A DNA stretch of 64,000 nucleotides from Candidatus Micrarchaeota archaeon. GTDB taxonomy: Archaea > Micrarchaeota > Micrarchaeia > Anstonellales > JAHKLY01. Of the stretch, positions 42,501-52,954 are shown in pieces. The stretch spans positions 160,001 to 224,000 of the forward strand of contig JAHKLY010000002.1 of the NCBI GenBank assembly GCA_020854825.1, given 5' to 3'. The notes under the pieces are model-generated. The model saw only the letters and a program-made list of their open reading frames with translations, had not been told where the DNA came from and did no database searches. The translations under genes were made by a program, and so were the position numbers. The first letter of the stretch is position 1. The number at the start of each line of letters is the position of its first letter.

Positions 42501-42676
42501 GCCTCTGTAGCTCAGCTTGGTAGAGCGCTTGCTTGGTAAGCACTTTCTTTACGCCTTCGGCGCAAAGAACCTGCACTAAGAAAATCTAAAAAGCAAGAGG
42601 TCGTGGGTTCAAAAATCTTTGAATGATAAATCATTCAAAATTTACCAATCAAAGATTGACAATCCCATCGGAGGCT
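42501..42676 (+). tRNA. tRNA-Thr(GGT) with two introns: 37/38 42539-42591 and 59/60 42614-42662
   Basis: Spliced 74-nt cloverleaf GCCTCTG..CGGAGGC-T, anticodon GGT at 42535-42537; BHB-like junctions. Confidence 0.92.
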
Positions 42677-42693
42677 TTTTTACAGTGATAAAT

Positions 42694-43272
42694 ATGAATT
42701 ACACAGAATATCAAAAAATGCTTGAAACTGCTTGTAATACAATTTTAAACGGAGGGATAATTCTTTATCCAACTGATACTGTTTTTGGTTTAGGTTGCAA
42801 TGGGTTAAATGAAAAAGCAGTTAAAAAAATAGAAAAAATAAAAAAAGTAGAAGAAAAAAAACCAATTTCTGCAGTGTTTGGACATATTGATATAATTAAA
42901 CAGTATTGCAAAGTTTCTAAAGAACAAGAAGAAATATTAAATATATATTTACCTGGCCCATACACGTTTATTTTACCTTTAAAAAAACAACTTCCTTTAT
43001 CGACTAATAACACATTGGGTGTAAGAATTCCCAATGATAAATTTTGTATTGATTTAGGAAAAACATTAAAACTCCCAATTGCATCAACAAGCGCAAATAT
43101 TAACAAAGAACCAACACAATTCCAATTAAATGAAATAAACAAAGAAATAATTGAACAAGTAGATTATATAATAAAAGGAGAATGCAAAGAAAAAGAAGCT
43201 TCAACAATAGTTAATTTAATAAATAATATCTCAATAATAAGACAAGGTACAGGAATTTTTGAAATTAGGTGA
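42694..43272 (+). CDS. tsaC: Threonylcarbamoyl-AMP synthase (TsaC/YrdC)
   Basis: YPTDTVFGL, PGPYTFIL, GVRIP, STSAN; start moved downstream of the tRNA. Confidence 0.93.
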   Translation: MNYTEYQKMLETACNTILNGGIILYPTDTVFGLGCNGLNEKAVKKIEKIKKVEEKKPISAVFGHIDIIKQYCKVSKEQEEILNIYLPGPYTFILPLKKQLPLSTNNTLGVRIPNDKFCIDLGKTLKLPIASTSANINKEPTQFQLNEINKEIIEQVDYIIKGECKEKEASTIVNLINNISIIRQGTGIFEIR

Positions 43273-43276
43273 AAAC

Positions 43277-43810
43277 ATGAAAAAAGTAATATTAGTAGAT
43301 AAAGACGGCAACCAAATAGGAGAAGAAGAAAAACAAAAAGCACATTTAGAAGGTAAACTACATAGTGCTTTTTCAATTTTAATTTTTAATAGTAAAAAAG
43401 AATTATTAATTCATAAACGAGAACGCAGTAAATATCACTCTGGAGGATTATGGACAAATACTGTTTGTAGCCATCCAAAACCAGGAGAAAAAATTGAAGA
43501 TGCAGTAAACAGACGGTTAAAAGAAGAAATGGGATTAACAGCAAAACTTACAGAAATAGGAAAATTTACATATAAAACACAAATAAAAGATTTAATAGAA
43601 CACGAGATAGATCATATTTTCATAGGATTTTCAGATGAATTACCAAAACCAGACTCAAAAGAAATTGAAGAGTATAAATATATTTCAATAAAAGAATTAA
43701 AAAAAAATATGCATAATAATCCAAATAAATATACATATTGGTTTAAAATAATAATAAATAACTATGAAAAAGATATCCATACCTTTATAAACTCCAAAAA
43801 TGATAATTAA
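43277..43810 (+). CDS. idi: Type 1 isopentenyl-diphosphate delta-isomerase
   Basis: AH..GKLHSAFS, WTNTVCSHP, EHEIDH, YTYWF. Confidence 0.95.
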   Translation: MKKVILVDKDGNQIGEEEKQKAHLEGKLHSAFSILIFNSKKELLIHKRERSKYHSGGLWTNTVCSHPKPGEKIEDAVNRRLKEEMGLTAKLTEIGKFTYKTQIKDLIEHEIDHIFIGFSDELPKPDSKEIEEYKYISIKELKKNMHNNPNKYTYWFKIIINNYEKDIHTFINSKNDN

Positions 43811-43872
43811 AGTAATAAGAATAAACAAAAATTAGTGAAATACTACTTATTTTGTTTTGAATGGTGAATAAA

Positions 43873-45057
43873 ATGATGAATAAATTAAATACAAAAACTA
43901 CCCAATCATTAAAAAAAATGGGTTTTGAGAATTTAACAGAAGTACAAAAAAAAGTAATTCCTTTTATATTAGAAGGTAAAGAGGTAATCTGTAGAAGTAA
44001 AACCGGAACAGGAAAAACAGCTGCTTTTGGAATTGGACTAATAGAACGTTTAGTTGAAGAAAAATCAAAAAAAGGACTAATTATTACTCCCACTAGGGAA
44101 TTAGCTGTTCAGGTTTCAAAAGAATTACACCAAATAGGAAAGATACACAGAATTGAAGTTCTAACTATATATGGAGGGGTTAGTATTGATAATCAAATTT
44201 CAAACTTAAGACATAACCCAGAAATTGTTGTTGCAACACCTGGAAGATTATTAGATTTAATACAAAGAGGAAATATAAATCCAAAAAAATTTGATATGGT
44301 AATTCTAGACGAAGCAGACATTATGTTAGATATGGGATTTATTGATGACATTGATAAAGTATTACAAATGATTCAACCACCCCCCTTAATTGCACTTTTT
44401 TCAGCAACTGTTGATGAACAAATATTAAATATTGCAAAAAAGTATATGAGAAATTATGAATTTATTGAAATATCAGATATGTCTAAACCGATTGAGATAA
44501 GCGAAAAAATAATTGATGTAACTAAAAATGAAAAATTTGGTGCATTATTAGATATACTTTTTGAAGATAAAAATAGAAAAACTTTGATTTTTTTGAATAC
44601 AAAACGAGGTGTTGAAAGAGTAGCTGAAAAAATAGAACAAAAAAGATTTAAAGTTGGTACTTTACATGGGAATATGTCTCAAAATAAAAGAGAATTTGTA
44701 CTACAGCAATTTAAAGAAAATAAAATAAATATATTAATTGCAACAGATGTAGCTGCTAGAGGAATACACATAAATAACGTAGATTTAGTTATAAATTTTG
44801 ATTTGGCTAAAACAGCAAAAACACATTTACATAGAATCGGGAGAACTGGAAGAATGAATCAGAAAGGAAATGCAATTTCATTTAACACTGTAAATGAATT
44901 ACGTAGTGAATATATCGGTTATTTACCACCTGTTGAAAGTGAATCATATACTTATAAAGAAAGAGGAGAAAATAAACAAAAAAGAAAAGGAAGAAAACAA
45001 GAAAGAAATAAAGGAAATTATAATCCCCAATATGGTGATCCTAATTACTCATATTAA
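43873..45057 (+). CDS. DEAD-box RNA helicase
   Basis: Q motif, TGTGKT, PTRELA, DEAD, SAT, HRIGRTGR. Confidence 0.97.
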   Translation: MMNKLNTKTTQSLKKMGFENLTEVQKKVIPFILEGKEVICRSKTGTGKTAAFGIGLIERLVEEKSKKGLIITPTRELAVQVSKELHQIGKIHRIEVLTIYGGVSIDNQISNLRHNPEIVVATPGRLLDLIQRGNINPKKFDMVILDEADIMLDMGFIDDIDKVLQMIQPPPLIALFSATVDEQILNIAKKYMRNYEFIEISDMSKPIEISEKIIDVTKNEKFGALLDILFEDKNRKTLIFLNTKRGVERVAEKIEQKRFKVGTLHGNMSQNKREFVLQQFKENKINILIATDVAARGIHINNVDLVINFDLAKTAKTHLHRIGRTGRMNQKGNAISFNTVNELRSEYIGYLPPVESESYTYKERGENKQKRKGRKQERNKGNYNPQYGDPNYSY

Positions 45058-46864
45058 AAAAAGATTCTAAATGATTTCCGATATATTCAGATGGAAAATA
45101 TTCAAAATCTTTTGGAAAGTATCTTTTATATTTCTCCCAATTAAATCTTTCATCTAATAAGATTATTGCACATTTATCTTTATCCCCCCTTATGCCTCTG
45201 CCTGCTGATTGTAATACTTTATTTACTGCAGGTATCATATATGTATATTCATTACCTTTTCCCCCGCCAAATTTTTTATCAAAATACTGAACTAGGTGTT
45301 TTTTCTCTAAAGAAGGGGGATCTAACGGTATTCCAACAATTAATATTCCTTTTAGCTTGTTATTCTCAAAATCAATACCCTCTGAAAAGGACCCTCTTTG
45401 AACTCCTAATAAGGTTAGTGATTTTTTAGTTTGCATATTCTCCAATACTATTTTTTTATCTTCTTTCTTCCAGTCTGAACTTTCTAAAACTATTTCATTA
45501 TGAGAATCAATATAATTTGCAACTTCTTCCATTAATTTATATGATGGAAAAAATACTGCACTATTATCTGGAATATATTCAATAAGTTCAGACACTGCAT
45601 ACCCTATCTTCTTAAACTCATCTTCATTTCTTTTATGATAAACTGTTGATAATAAATTTGAAGATAAAATTAACCTATTCTCCTTTGGGAATATTGAACT
45701 ATACTCCTTAAGTATGGGATTTTCAATTCCAAGTACATCTGCATATACCTTGGGAGGATATAAAGTTCCACTCATCAATATTGAAGAATGTACTGATGAA
45801 AAAATGGGTTGGGTTATATCTGATGGGTCTAATGGAAATAAAGAAATTTCATTTTCTTTTACTATTCTTAAAATATGTTCATTATCCTTCATCCAAGTAA
45901 AAAAGAAATAAAGCATTTCAGATAAATTTAAATATTCAAAATCATTCTCCTTTTTTGAAGAAGCATATTCTTCTGCTTGTTCTAATTTTTTAAGAAAACT
46001 ATCAAAATCAAATTCAGACACAAATGAGTTCTGAAATAATGAATTTATTTTGTTTATCAAATCTTTCTTTTCTATTATCTTTTCTTTTTTTCCATCAAGA
46101 ATCTCAAAAATATTTTTAAAAATATTAAACGCCCTTGATAAAACTGGATCTGGTGCATATTCCTTTAATTCTTTTTTACAATTAGAAATAAGATTTTTAG
46201 ATAGGGTAAATGTCATTAACTCTCGTGCTCTCTCAGGTAGATTATGTGCTTCATCTACAATTAAAATTATATCTTCTATCCCAATATTCATTTTAGATAA
46301 AACAATATTTCTAATTGAAGAATCAAAAATATAATTATAATCACATACAAGAACATCTGCATCTATAATTAATTTAGATTCAGCAGAATGAGGACAAGCA
46401 CCATATTGTTTGCATATCTCTTTAGCTTCTTCAACATGATAAATATCTTCTTTTAAAGCCATTAAACAAAAACCTTTGACATAACCATATGGGCATTTTT
46501 TTGCTTTTGTTTGATGATAACAAAAAGAATCAAAATCATTCCTTTTCATATCTTTAGATTCTGATAATAGACACATATGCTGTTTGTTTATTATATCTGC
46601 TACAACTAAATCTAGATTATTTTTTTCTTTTATTAATTTTAAAGTATTAATTGCAATTGTATGCTGGGAGTGTCTAGAAGTTGTAAAAATTATTTTTTTA
46701 TCATACTTTTTTGCATATTCTAAAACAGCACTTAAAACAGCTGCTGTTTTTCCTATACCTGTAGGCGCATAAGCTAACAAGGTAGATCCCATAAGACAAG
46801 CTTCTTTACAATCTTCATAAAACTGTTTCTGAACTGGTCTTATATCTTCAAAAGGAAAAAACAT
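45041..46864 (-). CDS. XPD/Rad3/DinG-family FeS DNA helicase
   Basis: APTGIGKT, four FeS Cys, DEAHN, SGT, QSAGRGIR. Confidence 0.95.
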   Translation of the reverse strand: MFFPFEDIRPVQKQFYEDCKEACLMGSTLLAYAPTGIGKTAAVLSAVLEYAKKYDKKIIFTTSRHSQHTIAINTLKLIKEKNNLDLVVADIINKQHMCLLSESKDMKRNDFDSFCYHQTKAKKCPYGYVKGFCLMALKEDIYHVEEAKEICKQYGACPHSAESKLIIDADVLVCDYNYIFDSSIRNIVLSKMNIGIEDIILIVDEAHNLPERARELMTFTLSKNLISNCKKELKEYAPDPVLSRAFNIFKNIFEILDGKKEKIIEKKDLINKINSLFQNSFVSEFDFDSFLKKLEQAEEYASSKKENDFEYLNLSEMLYFFFTWMKDNEHILRIVKENEISLFPLDPSDITQPIFSSVHSSILMSGTLYPPKVYADVLGIENPILKEYSSIFPKENRLILSSNLLSTVYHKRNEDEFKKIGYAVSELIEYIPDNSAVFFPSYKLMEEVANYIDSHNEIVLESSDWKKEDKKIVLENMQTKKSLTLLGVQRGSFSEGIDFENNKLKGILIVGIPLDPPSLEKKHLVQYFDKKFGGGKGNEYTYMIPAVNKVLQSAGRGIRGDKDKCAIILLDERFNWEKYKRYFPKDFEYFPSEYIGNHLESFFNMSN

Positions 46865-46881
46865 ATACACACCATTAAATT

Positions 46882-47769
46882 TTACATGAAATTTATTAAT
46901 TCCTCTAATTTATTAATATTAATAATCGGTTTTTCAAACCTTTCATAATCTTCTATAATTCTTGGACATGCAGTATTTATATATGCGTCAAATAAATTAA
47001 AATTCTGTAACGCAATATGATTAATCTCATTGCTTATTAAAATTACTGCGCTTTTTCCTTTTTCTTCTAATTTCTTTTTAGCTTCTTCTGCACCTTGTAA
47101 ATTAAACTGCCCAATTTTTGTTGATACTAAAATACCAAATGCCTTTGCTTCGCTTGATTTTAATAACGCGCCTTGTAATTTTTTATTATACTGTTGTATT
47201 TCATCATTTACTCTTTTGAATTCTCCATTTGGACTTATAATAAAAACAGGAATTTCATAATTTAATGTTAAATAATGAAACTTTCCCCCTCCAATATATA
47301 AAACACATTCTATTTTATCTAATATTTCATCTATTGCTCCTGTGTCGCATCCAAGAACCTGTCCTTTGTAAAAACATTTCGGACCTTTCCCTATAAAAAT
47401 TTCTTTATGATTTTTTTCTAATACTTGTTTTATCTCATCTAATTGATGAATATACTGTACTGTTGTTATTAAACCTATTTTTGTAAAATTCTTTATTCTT
47501 CCTAAATGCTTTTTTATAAGTTCTAAATCAATATCTTGATGAAATTCTTTATATTCAACTGGTATTTCTGTCTTACCTACAAAAGGTGCATGACCATAAT
47601 GTATAATTTTGTCTGCTTTTACTTTTTTAGCTTCATCAATAGCTAAATCACATGCGCCATAACAGCTTGCGCTGGATACAAACACTTCATTGCCTTGTTT
47701 TTCCAATTCTTTCTGCTCCTCAAGCGCTTTTGATTTAAGGCCTTCTGGAAACTGGAGTAATATGCGCAT
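46882..47769 (-). CDS. dph2: Diphthamide biosynthesis protein Dph2
   Basis: LQFPEGLK, CYGACD, GQVLGC, TACPR; start moved to MRILLQ with TATA about 25 nt upstream. Confidence 0.95.
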   Translation of the reverse strand: MRILLQFPEGLKSKALEEQKELEKQGNEVFVSSASCYGACDLAIDEAKKVKADKIIHYGHAPFVGKTEIPVEYKEFHQDIDLELIKKHLGRIKNFTKIGLITTVQYIHQLDEIKQVLEKNHKEIFIGKGPKCFYKGQVLGCDTGAIDEILDKIECVLYIGGGKFHYLTLNYEIPVFIISPNGEFKRVNDEIQQYNKKLQGALLKSSEAKAFGILVSTKIGQFNLQGAEEAKKKLEEKGKSAVILISNEINHIALQNFNLFDAYINTACPRIIEDYERFEKPIININKLEELINFM

Positions 47770-47826
47770 ATTAAGAATTTGTGGGGTTTTATTTATAAAG
47801 GCTTTTAGAGAGTACATTTCCGGCTT

Positions 47827-47973
47827 TTAATATTTTGACCAAACTTCATCCTCTTTTGGATTATCCCAAACTTCTTTTAATGCAGATTCTGAAGCCAAAT
47901 ATACAAATCTATCAAATTCTTTATCTTCTATTGATTTATTTTTTTTATGATTTATTTTCTGTGTATCTCTCAT
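47827..47973 (-). CDS. Antitoxin-like microprotein (48 aa), not in the ORF track
   Basis: ..LASESALKEVWDNPKEDEVWSKY resembles the C-terminal motif of small antitoxins found upstream of PemK/MazF toxins. Confidence 0.6.
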   Translation of the reverse strand: MRDTQKINHKKNKSIEDKEFDRFVYLASESALKEVWDNPKEDEVWSKY

Positions 47974-47989
47974 TTTAAAAACCAAAAAA

Positions 47990-50386
47990 TTAGATCTTTT
48001 CATCCAGCCAGTCGTCTTTATCGCGCATTAAATGCACTCTTGCGTGTTTTAACATCAAAGCGCTTTCAGCGCTTGCTACTATTCTACGTGTTCTTTCAAT
48101 AGTATCTGGATTAACGGACATGGATGTAAATCCATATTCAACTAAACGTTTTGCGAATTCAGGATAAACAGAAGGCGCTTGTCCACATACTGAACATGTA
48201 ATATTTCTTTTATTACATACTTCTCCTATATGTTTTAAAGATTTTAAAACTGCACTATTTCTCTCATCAAAATCATGTGCTAAACGCGCATTATCTCTAT
48301 CAACACCCAATGTCAATTGAGTTAAATCATTTGTACCAACAGAAACTCCATCAATACCTACATCAATAAATTCATCTAATAAAATAACTGTTGATGGAAC
48401 TTCAACCATCATCCAAAGTTTAAAATCTTTAGTTCTAAATAATCCGGTATTATGCATTATTCTTTTAACCTGCATTAATTCTCCTACTCTTCTTACAAAT
48501 GGAATCATTAACCACAAATTTTTTAAATTAAATTCATCTCTGACTTTTTTAATTGCTTCTAGCTCCATCTTAAAAACTTCTGGATCTGAAACATATCTTG
48601 ATGCTCCTCTAAAACCCATCATCGGATTTTCTTCATTCATCTCATATTTTTCTCCACCTTTCAAAGATCTATATTCATTTGTTTTAAAATCTGTAGCTCT
48701 ATAAACAACAGGTCTTGGATAAAAAGCAGACGCAAATTTTCTTAACTCAATTGCTAAATTATTAATAAATTCTTCTTGTCTATTTTCATCTACAAATACT
48801 CTTGGATGTTCTCCCATGTCTGCAATAATAAATTCAGCTCTTAATAATCCAATACCATCTACATTTTGTTCTGCTATTTCTTCTACTCTATCAGAACTTG
48901 CTAAATTAACATAAATTTTTGTCCCTGTTATTGGAGAATATCTTTCATTTTTATGGATTTTTTTAATATTCTTATTTTTAATATCTACTATTCCTTCATA
49001 AACTATGCCTCGTATAGCATCTACTGTTATCTCCATTCCATCACTCAATTTTTTAGTAGCTTCATTAGTTCCCACAATACAGGGTATTCCCAATTCTCTT
49101 GAAACAATAGCTGCATGAGAAGTAGAACCTCCATGATCTGTTATTATTGCTCCTGCACGTTTCATTGCAGGAACAAAATCTGGTGAAGTCATAGATGTAA
49201 CTAATATATCTCCTTTTTCAACTTTATCAATATCTTCATTTGAAGGAGTTAATTTTACTTTACCAAAATAAATTCCTGGTGATGCTCCTAAACCCTTTAA
49301 TAAAACCTCCCCTACTACTCCTTCAGGTGCATAATATGAAGGACTATCTTCCTCCTCATAATATAAAGAATACTTGCCATCAGTATCTGCTAAAGAGTCT
49401 AATAGATTGGAAATTTCATCTTTATTTTCATCTAATGTTGTTATTGGTCTTGATTGAACTATATATAATCTATCATTTTCAAATGCCCATTCTATATCTT
49501 GTGGAACTCCATAGTGTTTTTCTATTTTTCTGCAAATTTTTGCTAGTTCAATTATTTGCGCATCAGATAGTTTTTGTACATCTTGTTCTGCAGAAACAAT
49601 ATCTACATTTTCGTTTTTTCCATTAAATAAAACCGTTTTCCAAGTTTGATGAGCAATATACCTTTCCTTAATTTCTAAACTATCTTTTGTAATAGAATAC
49701 CTATCTGGAGTTAACGCCCCAGAAACAACTGCTTCTCCTAATCCATACGCTCCTTCTATCTGTATACTATTCTTATCTTGGGATATTGGATCAACAGTAA
49801 ATGCCACACCTGCAACTTCAGATTGAACCATTTTTTGTACTACTGCCGATAATCCTACATTTAAATGATCAAATTTATTTTCTGTCCTATAAAAAATAGC
49901 TCTTGATTCAAAAAGTGATGCCCAACAATCCTTGACTGATTGAACTACATCTTCTGGACCTTGAATATTCAAAAACGTTGATTGTTGACCTGCAAATGAA
50001 AATCCTGCAAGGTCTTCAGCAGTTGCACTAGATCTAACAGCAACATACACTTGTTCTCCATATTTTTGACACAATTTATTATATGCATCCATTATCTCTG
50101 TTTTAATATTCTCTGGGATTTTTCCTGCTAAAATTGCGTTTTTAATAAAAACAGATGCCTCATTTAATTTTTTAGTATCATGAACATTTAAATCTTGAGT
50201 ATATTCTTTTATTATACTTTCAATATTATTTAATTTTATAAATTCAAAATATGCTCCACTCGATACACAAAAACCATCTGGTATTGGAAATTCATTATTA
50301 ATCATTTCACCTAAATTAGCTCCTTTACCCCCAACTTCTTCAATGTCTTTTTTATGAATTTCCTTAAACCAATAAATATTTTTCAT
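47990..50386 (-). CDS. ppsA: Phosphoenolpyruvate synthase
   Basis: GGKGANLGE, VAVRSSATAED, TSHAAIVSRE, GLLRAEF, GTNDLTQ; start moved to MKNIYW. Confidence 0.97.
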   Translation of the reverse strand: MKNIYWFKEIHKKDIEEVGGKGANLGEMINNEFPIPDGFCVSSGAYFEFIKLNNIESIIKEYTQDLNVHDTKKLNEASVFIKNAILAGKIPENIKTEIMDAYNKLCQKYGEQVYVAVRSSATAEDLAGFSFAGQQSTFLNIQGPEDVVQSVKDCWASLFESRAIFYRTENKFDHLNVGLSAVVQKMVQSEVAGVAFTVDPISQDKNSIQIEGAYGLGEAVVSGALTPDRYSITKDSLEIKERYIAHQTWKTVLFNGKNENVDIVSAEQDVQKLSDAQIIELAKICRKIEKHYGVPQDIEWAFENDRLYIVQSRPITTLDENKDEISNLLDSLADTDGKYSLYYEEEDSPSYYAPEGVVGEVLLKGLGASPGIYFGKVKLTPSNEDIDKVEKGDILVTSMTSPDFVPAMKRAGAIITDHGGSTSHAAIVSRELGIPCIVGTNEATKKLSDGMEITVDAIRGIVYEGIVDIKNKNIKKIHKNERYSPITGTKIYVNLASSDRVEEIAEQNVDGIGLLRAEFIIADMGEHPRVFVDENRQEEFINNLAIELRKFASAFYPRPVVYRATDFKTNEYRSLKGGEKYEMNEENPMMGFRGASRYVSDPEVFKMELEAIKKVRDEFNLKNLWLMIPFVRRVGELMQVKRIMHNTGLFRTKDFKLWMMVEVPSTVILLDEFIDVGIDGVSVGTNDLTQLTLGVDRDNARLAHDFDERNSAVLKSLKHIGEVCNKRNITCSVCGQAPSVYPEFAKRLVEYGFTSMSVNPDTIERTRRIVASAESALMLKHARVHLMRDKDDWLDEKI

Positions 50387-50508
50387 GCATACACCTTGTA
50401 TTATAACAAAGATTAGATTTAAAATTCTGTTGTACATATAAAAAAATGACTTTTGGGTAAGAGATAACATTTAAATACATATACCTATTTAAATATTTTA
50501 CAATTTTT

Positions 50509-50646
50509 GGGCTCGTAACTCAGCTAATCTAAAATTAATTTATTTTAGGTCTGAAATGGTAGAGTGGCTGGCTTTTAACCAGTAAGTCGAGGGTTCAATG
50601 ACCTTTTTCTTTAAAGAAATTGGTGGAACAGATCCCTTCGGGCCCG
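50509..50646 (+). tRNA. tRNA-Lys(TTT) with two introns: D-loop 50526-50556 and 58/59 50599-50631
   Basis: Spliced 74-nt cloverleaf GGGCTCG..CGGGCCC-G, anticodon TTT at 50574-50576; central helices TCAG/CTGA and GTTC/GAAC with 3-nt bulges. Confidence 0.92.
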
Positions 50647-50694
50647 CTTTTTATTTATAGAAATCATTATAAAGTTCCTAGGAGATAATTAAAT

Positions 50695-51303
50695 ATGGAA
50701 ATAGAATTCAAAGATAGAGAAATAATTTGTAATAAAAATTTTCTAAATTTAGATAAATTTACTTTTGATTTTTGTTCTGTCTTAAATCAAACAAAAATAA
50801 ATTATGTAATTATTTCGGGGTATATACCTGTATTTTTTGGAAGAAACAGAACCTCTGAAGATATAGATATGTTTATTGATAAAATCCCATTGGAGGAATT
50901 CAAAGAAATTTGGGAAAAATTAAAAACTAATAATTTTGAATGTATAAACACAAAAGATTATGAAAAAGCATATTCTTCTTATTTATGTAATGGAGATTCA
51001 ATAAGATTTGCATTAAAAAATACGTTTATACCAAATATAGAAATAAAATTTAGAAAAAAGATATTAGATAAAAAAGCTATGGATGAAAAAATAAAAATTA
51101 TTTCAAATGATAAAATAACTTATTTTGGCCCATTAGAATTACAAATCGTATATAAATTATTTTTAGATTCAGAGAAAGATATTGAAGATGCAAGATTCTT
51201 ATTTAAGCTTTTTAAAAATAAATTAAAAAAAGAAGAAATAAAAAAAATAAGTAACTATTTAAATGTTAAAAACAAATTACATTCAATTGGGTGGGAAGAA
51301 TGA
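50695..51303 (+). CDS. Nucleotidyltransferase-fold protein (DUF6036/AbiEii-like)
   Basis: YVIISGY..GRNRTSEDID and K..L.SEKDIED motifs. Confidence 0.75.
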   Translation: MEIEFKDREIICNKNFLNLDKFTFDFCSVLNQTKINYVIISGYIPVFFGRNRTSEDIDMFIDKIPLEEFKEIWEKLKTNNFECINTKDYEKAYSSYLCNGDSIRFALKNTFIPNIEIKFRKKILDKKAMDEKIKIISNDKITYFGPLELQIVYKLFLDSEKDIEDARFLFKLFKNKLKKEEIKKISNYLNVKNKLHSIGWEE

Positions 51304-51443
51304 ATATTGATTTGGAAGAATTAAAAAAAGATAAAGAAAAGAATTTTCAAGATAGATTAAAATTTATTGATGAGTATGTAGAATGGCTCAAAAAAACACC
51401 AAATGATGTCTGGTCGAAACAACAAAAAAAAGCTTTAGAATAA
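51300..51443 (+). CDS. Small helical protein (47 aa) coupled to the nucleotidyltransferase, not in the ORF track
   Basis: ATGA overlap; MNIDLEELKKDKEKNFQDRLKFIDEYVEWLKKTPNDVWSKQQKKALE. Confidence 0.75.
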   Translation: MNIDLEELKKDKEKNFQDRLKFIDEYVEWLKKTPNDVWSKQQKKALE

Positions 51444-51455
51444 TAGGTAATTAAA

Positions 51456-52118
51456 ATGGAAAAAATAATAGAAAAATTCCCAGAAGTATTTGAGATAAAT
51501 GGAAAAATTGCTACTAAAAACTTAATTAAAGGTAATCCTGTATATGGTGAAAGGATAGTTAACATAAATAATACAGAATATAGATTTTGGGATCCTAACA
51601 GAAGTAAATTATGTGCTGCAATTAAAAAAGGTTTACAAAATATATACTTAAAAAAAGGAGATACAATCTTATATTTAGGAGCTGCGACAGGAACTACCTC
51701 ATCACATATTGCAGACATAATTGGTGAAAAAGGAATTGAATACTGTATTGAGTTTGCACCAATATCTTTTAGAAAATTAATACCCATTTGTGAAAAAAGA
51801 ACAAATATGATACCTATAATGGGAGATGCAAGAAAACCAGATATATATAAAGACGTAGGAAAAGTTGATATTGTATATGAAGATGTGGCTCAACCAGATT
51901 TAGGAGAAATTTTATTAACTAATTGTAGATATTTCTTAAAAAAAGGAGGGTATGCAATGCTTGCAGTTAAATCACAAAGTATTGATGTAACTAAAAATCC
52001 TGAAGATATTTACAAAAAAACCATAAAACAATTACAAAAGGAACTAAAAATTATTGAAACTATTATTTTAGATCCTTATGAAAAAGACCACATGTTTATT
52101 GTAGCACAAAAACTTTAA
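51456..52118 (+). CDS. flpA: Fibrillarin-like rRNA/tRNA 2'-O-methyltransferase
   Basis: VYGE, YRFWDPNRSKL, LYLGAATGTT.SH, DVAQP. Confidence 0.97.
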   Translation: MEKIIEKFPEVFEINGKIATKNLIKGNPVYGERIVNINNTEYRFWDPNRSKLCAAIKKGLQNIYLKKGDTILYLGAATGTTSSHIADIIGEKGIEYCIEFAPISFRKLIPICEKRTNMIPIMGDARKPDIYKDVGKVDIVYEDVAQPDLGEILLTNCRYFLKKGGYAMLAVKSQSIDVTKNPEDIYKKTIKQLQKELKIIETIILDPYEKDHMFIVAQKL

Positions 52119-52864
52119 CCCCCAAAATATAATTTTACTGCATACATAAATCCTATTCCTATTACAAACATTATAAATGCAAGAACTGATCTTTTAACAT
52201 CTTTTTGTTTATGTAATTCAGGTATTAAATCTGATGATGCAATATAAATGAAACCTCCTGCTGCGAATGGAAGTAAAAATGAGGTAAACTGAGGCACTGA
52301 AGAATATGCAAGTGCACCAATTACTGTTCCTAATACTGCTGTTAAACCGGATGCAAAATTAAATAATAATGCTTTTTTCTTTTTCCAACCCCCATATAAT
52401 AAAACTGCAAAATCTCCTATTTCTTGAGGAATTTCATGAGCTATTATAGCTATTGTAGTCGTAATTCCAAAAGGAATACTCACTATAAATCCTGTTACTA
52501 TTATTAAACCATCAATAAAATTATGAACTCCATCACCTATTAAATTCATATATGTAAATGAATGTATTTCACATTTTTGATGTTCATGACAGTGATGCCA
52601 AAATAAGAACTTTTCAAGTAAAAAGAATATTGAAAAACCAAATAATACACATATAAATGGATCACAACTACTAGATGATTCAAGTGCTTCAGGTAATAAA
52701 TGTAAAAATGCACCTCCCATTAAGGCACCTGCTGAAAAAGCAACTAACAAAATTAGTATTTTTTTAAGATGTTTTTCTTTTAATCCTAATGTAAATACTC
52801 CTATAAATGAGATTAAAGAAACAATAAAAGTTGCAATAACTGAATATAATAAAATATCATCCAT
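52115..52864 (-). CDS. ZIP-family metal transporter
   Basis: HLLPE, His-rich loop, HNFIDG, HEIPQE. Confidence 0.95.
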   Translation of the reverse strand: MDDILLYSVIATFIVSLISFIGVFTLGLKEKHLKKILILLVAFSAGALMGGAFLHLLPEALESSSSCDPFICVLFGFSIFFLLEKFLFWHHCHEHQKCEIHSFTYMNLIGDGVHNFIDGLIIVTGFIVSIPFGITTTIAIIAHEIPQEIGDFAVLLYGGWKKKKALLFNFASGLTAVLGTVIGALAYSSVPQFTSFLLPFAAGGFIYIASSDLIPELHKQKDVKRSVLAFIMFVIGIGFMYAVKLYFGG

Positions 52865-52954
52865 ATTAACACCTATTTTTAAATATAAAAATTTTAAACA
52901 AATCATATTTATAAACCATAGCTTTATAAACGAAAAGCACTTATAATATAAATA

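Noticed and set aside
42619-42693. N-terminal extension of TsaC
   Set aside because: Lies within the tRNA-Thr intron and 3' exon
50646-51443. Integrated mobile element at tRNA-Lys
   Set aside because: No integrase and no duplicated tRNA 3' end seen
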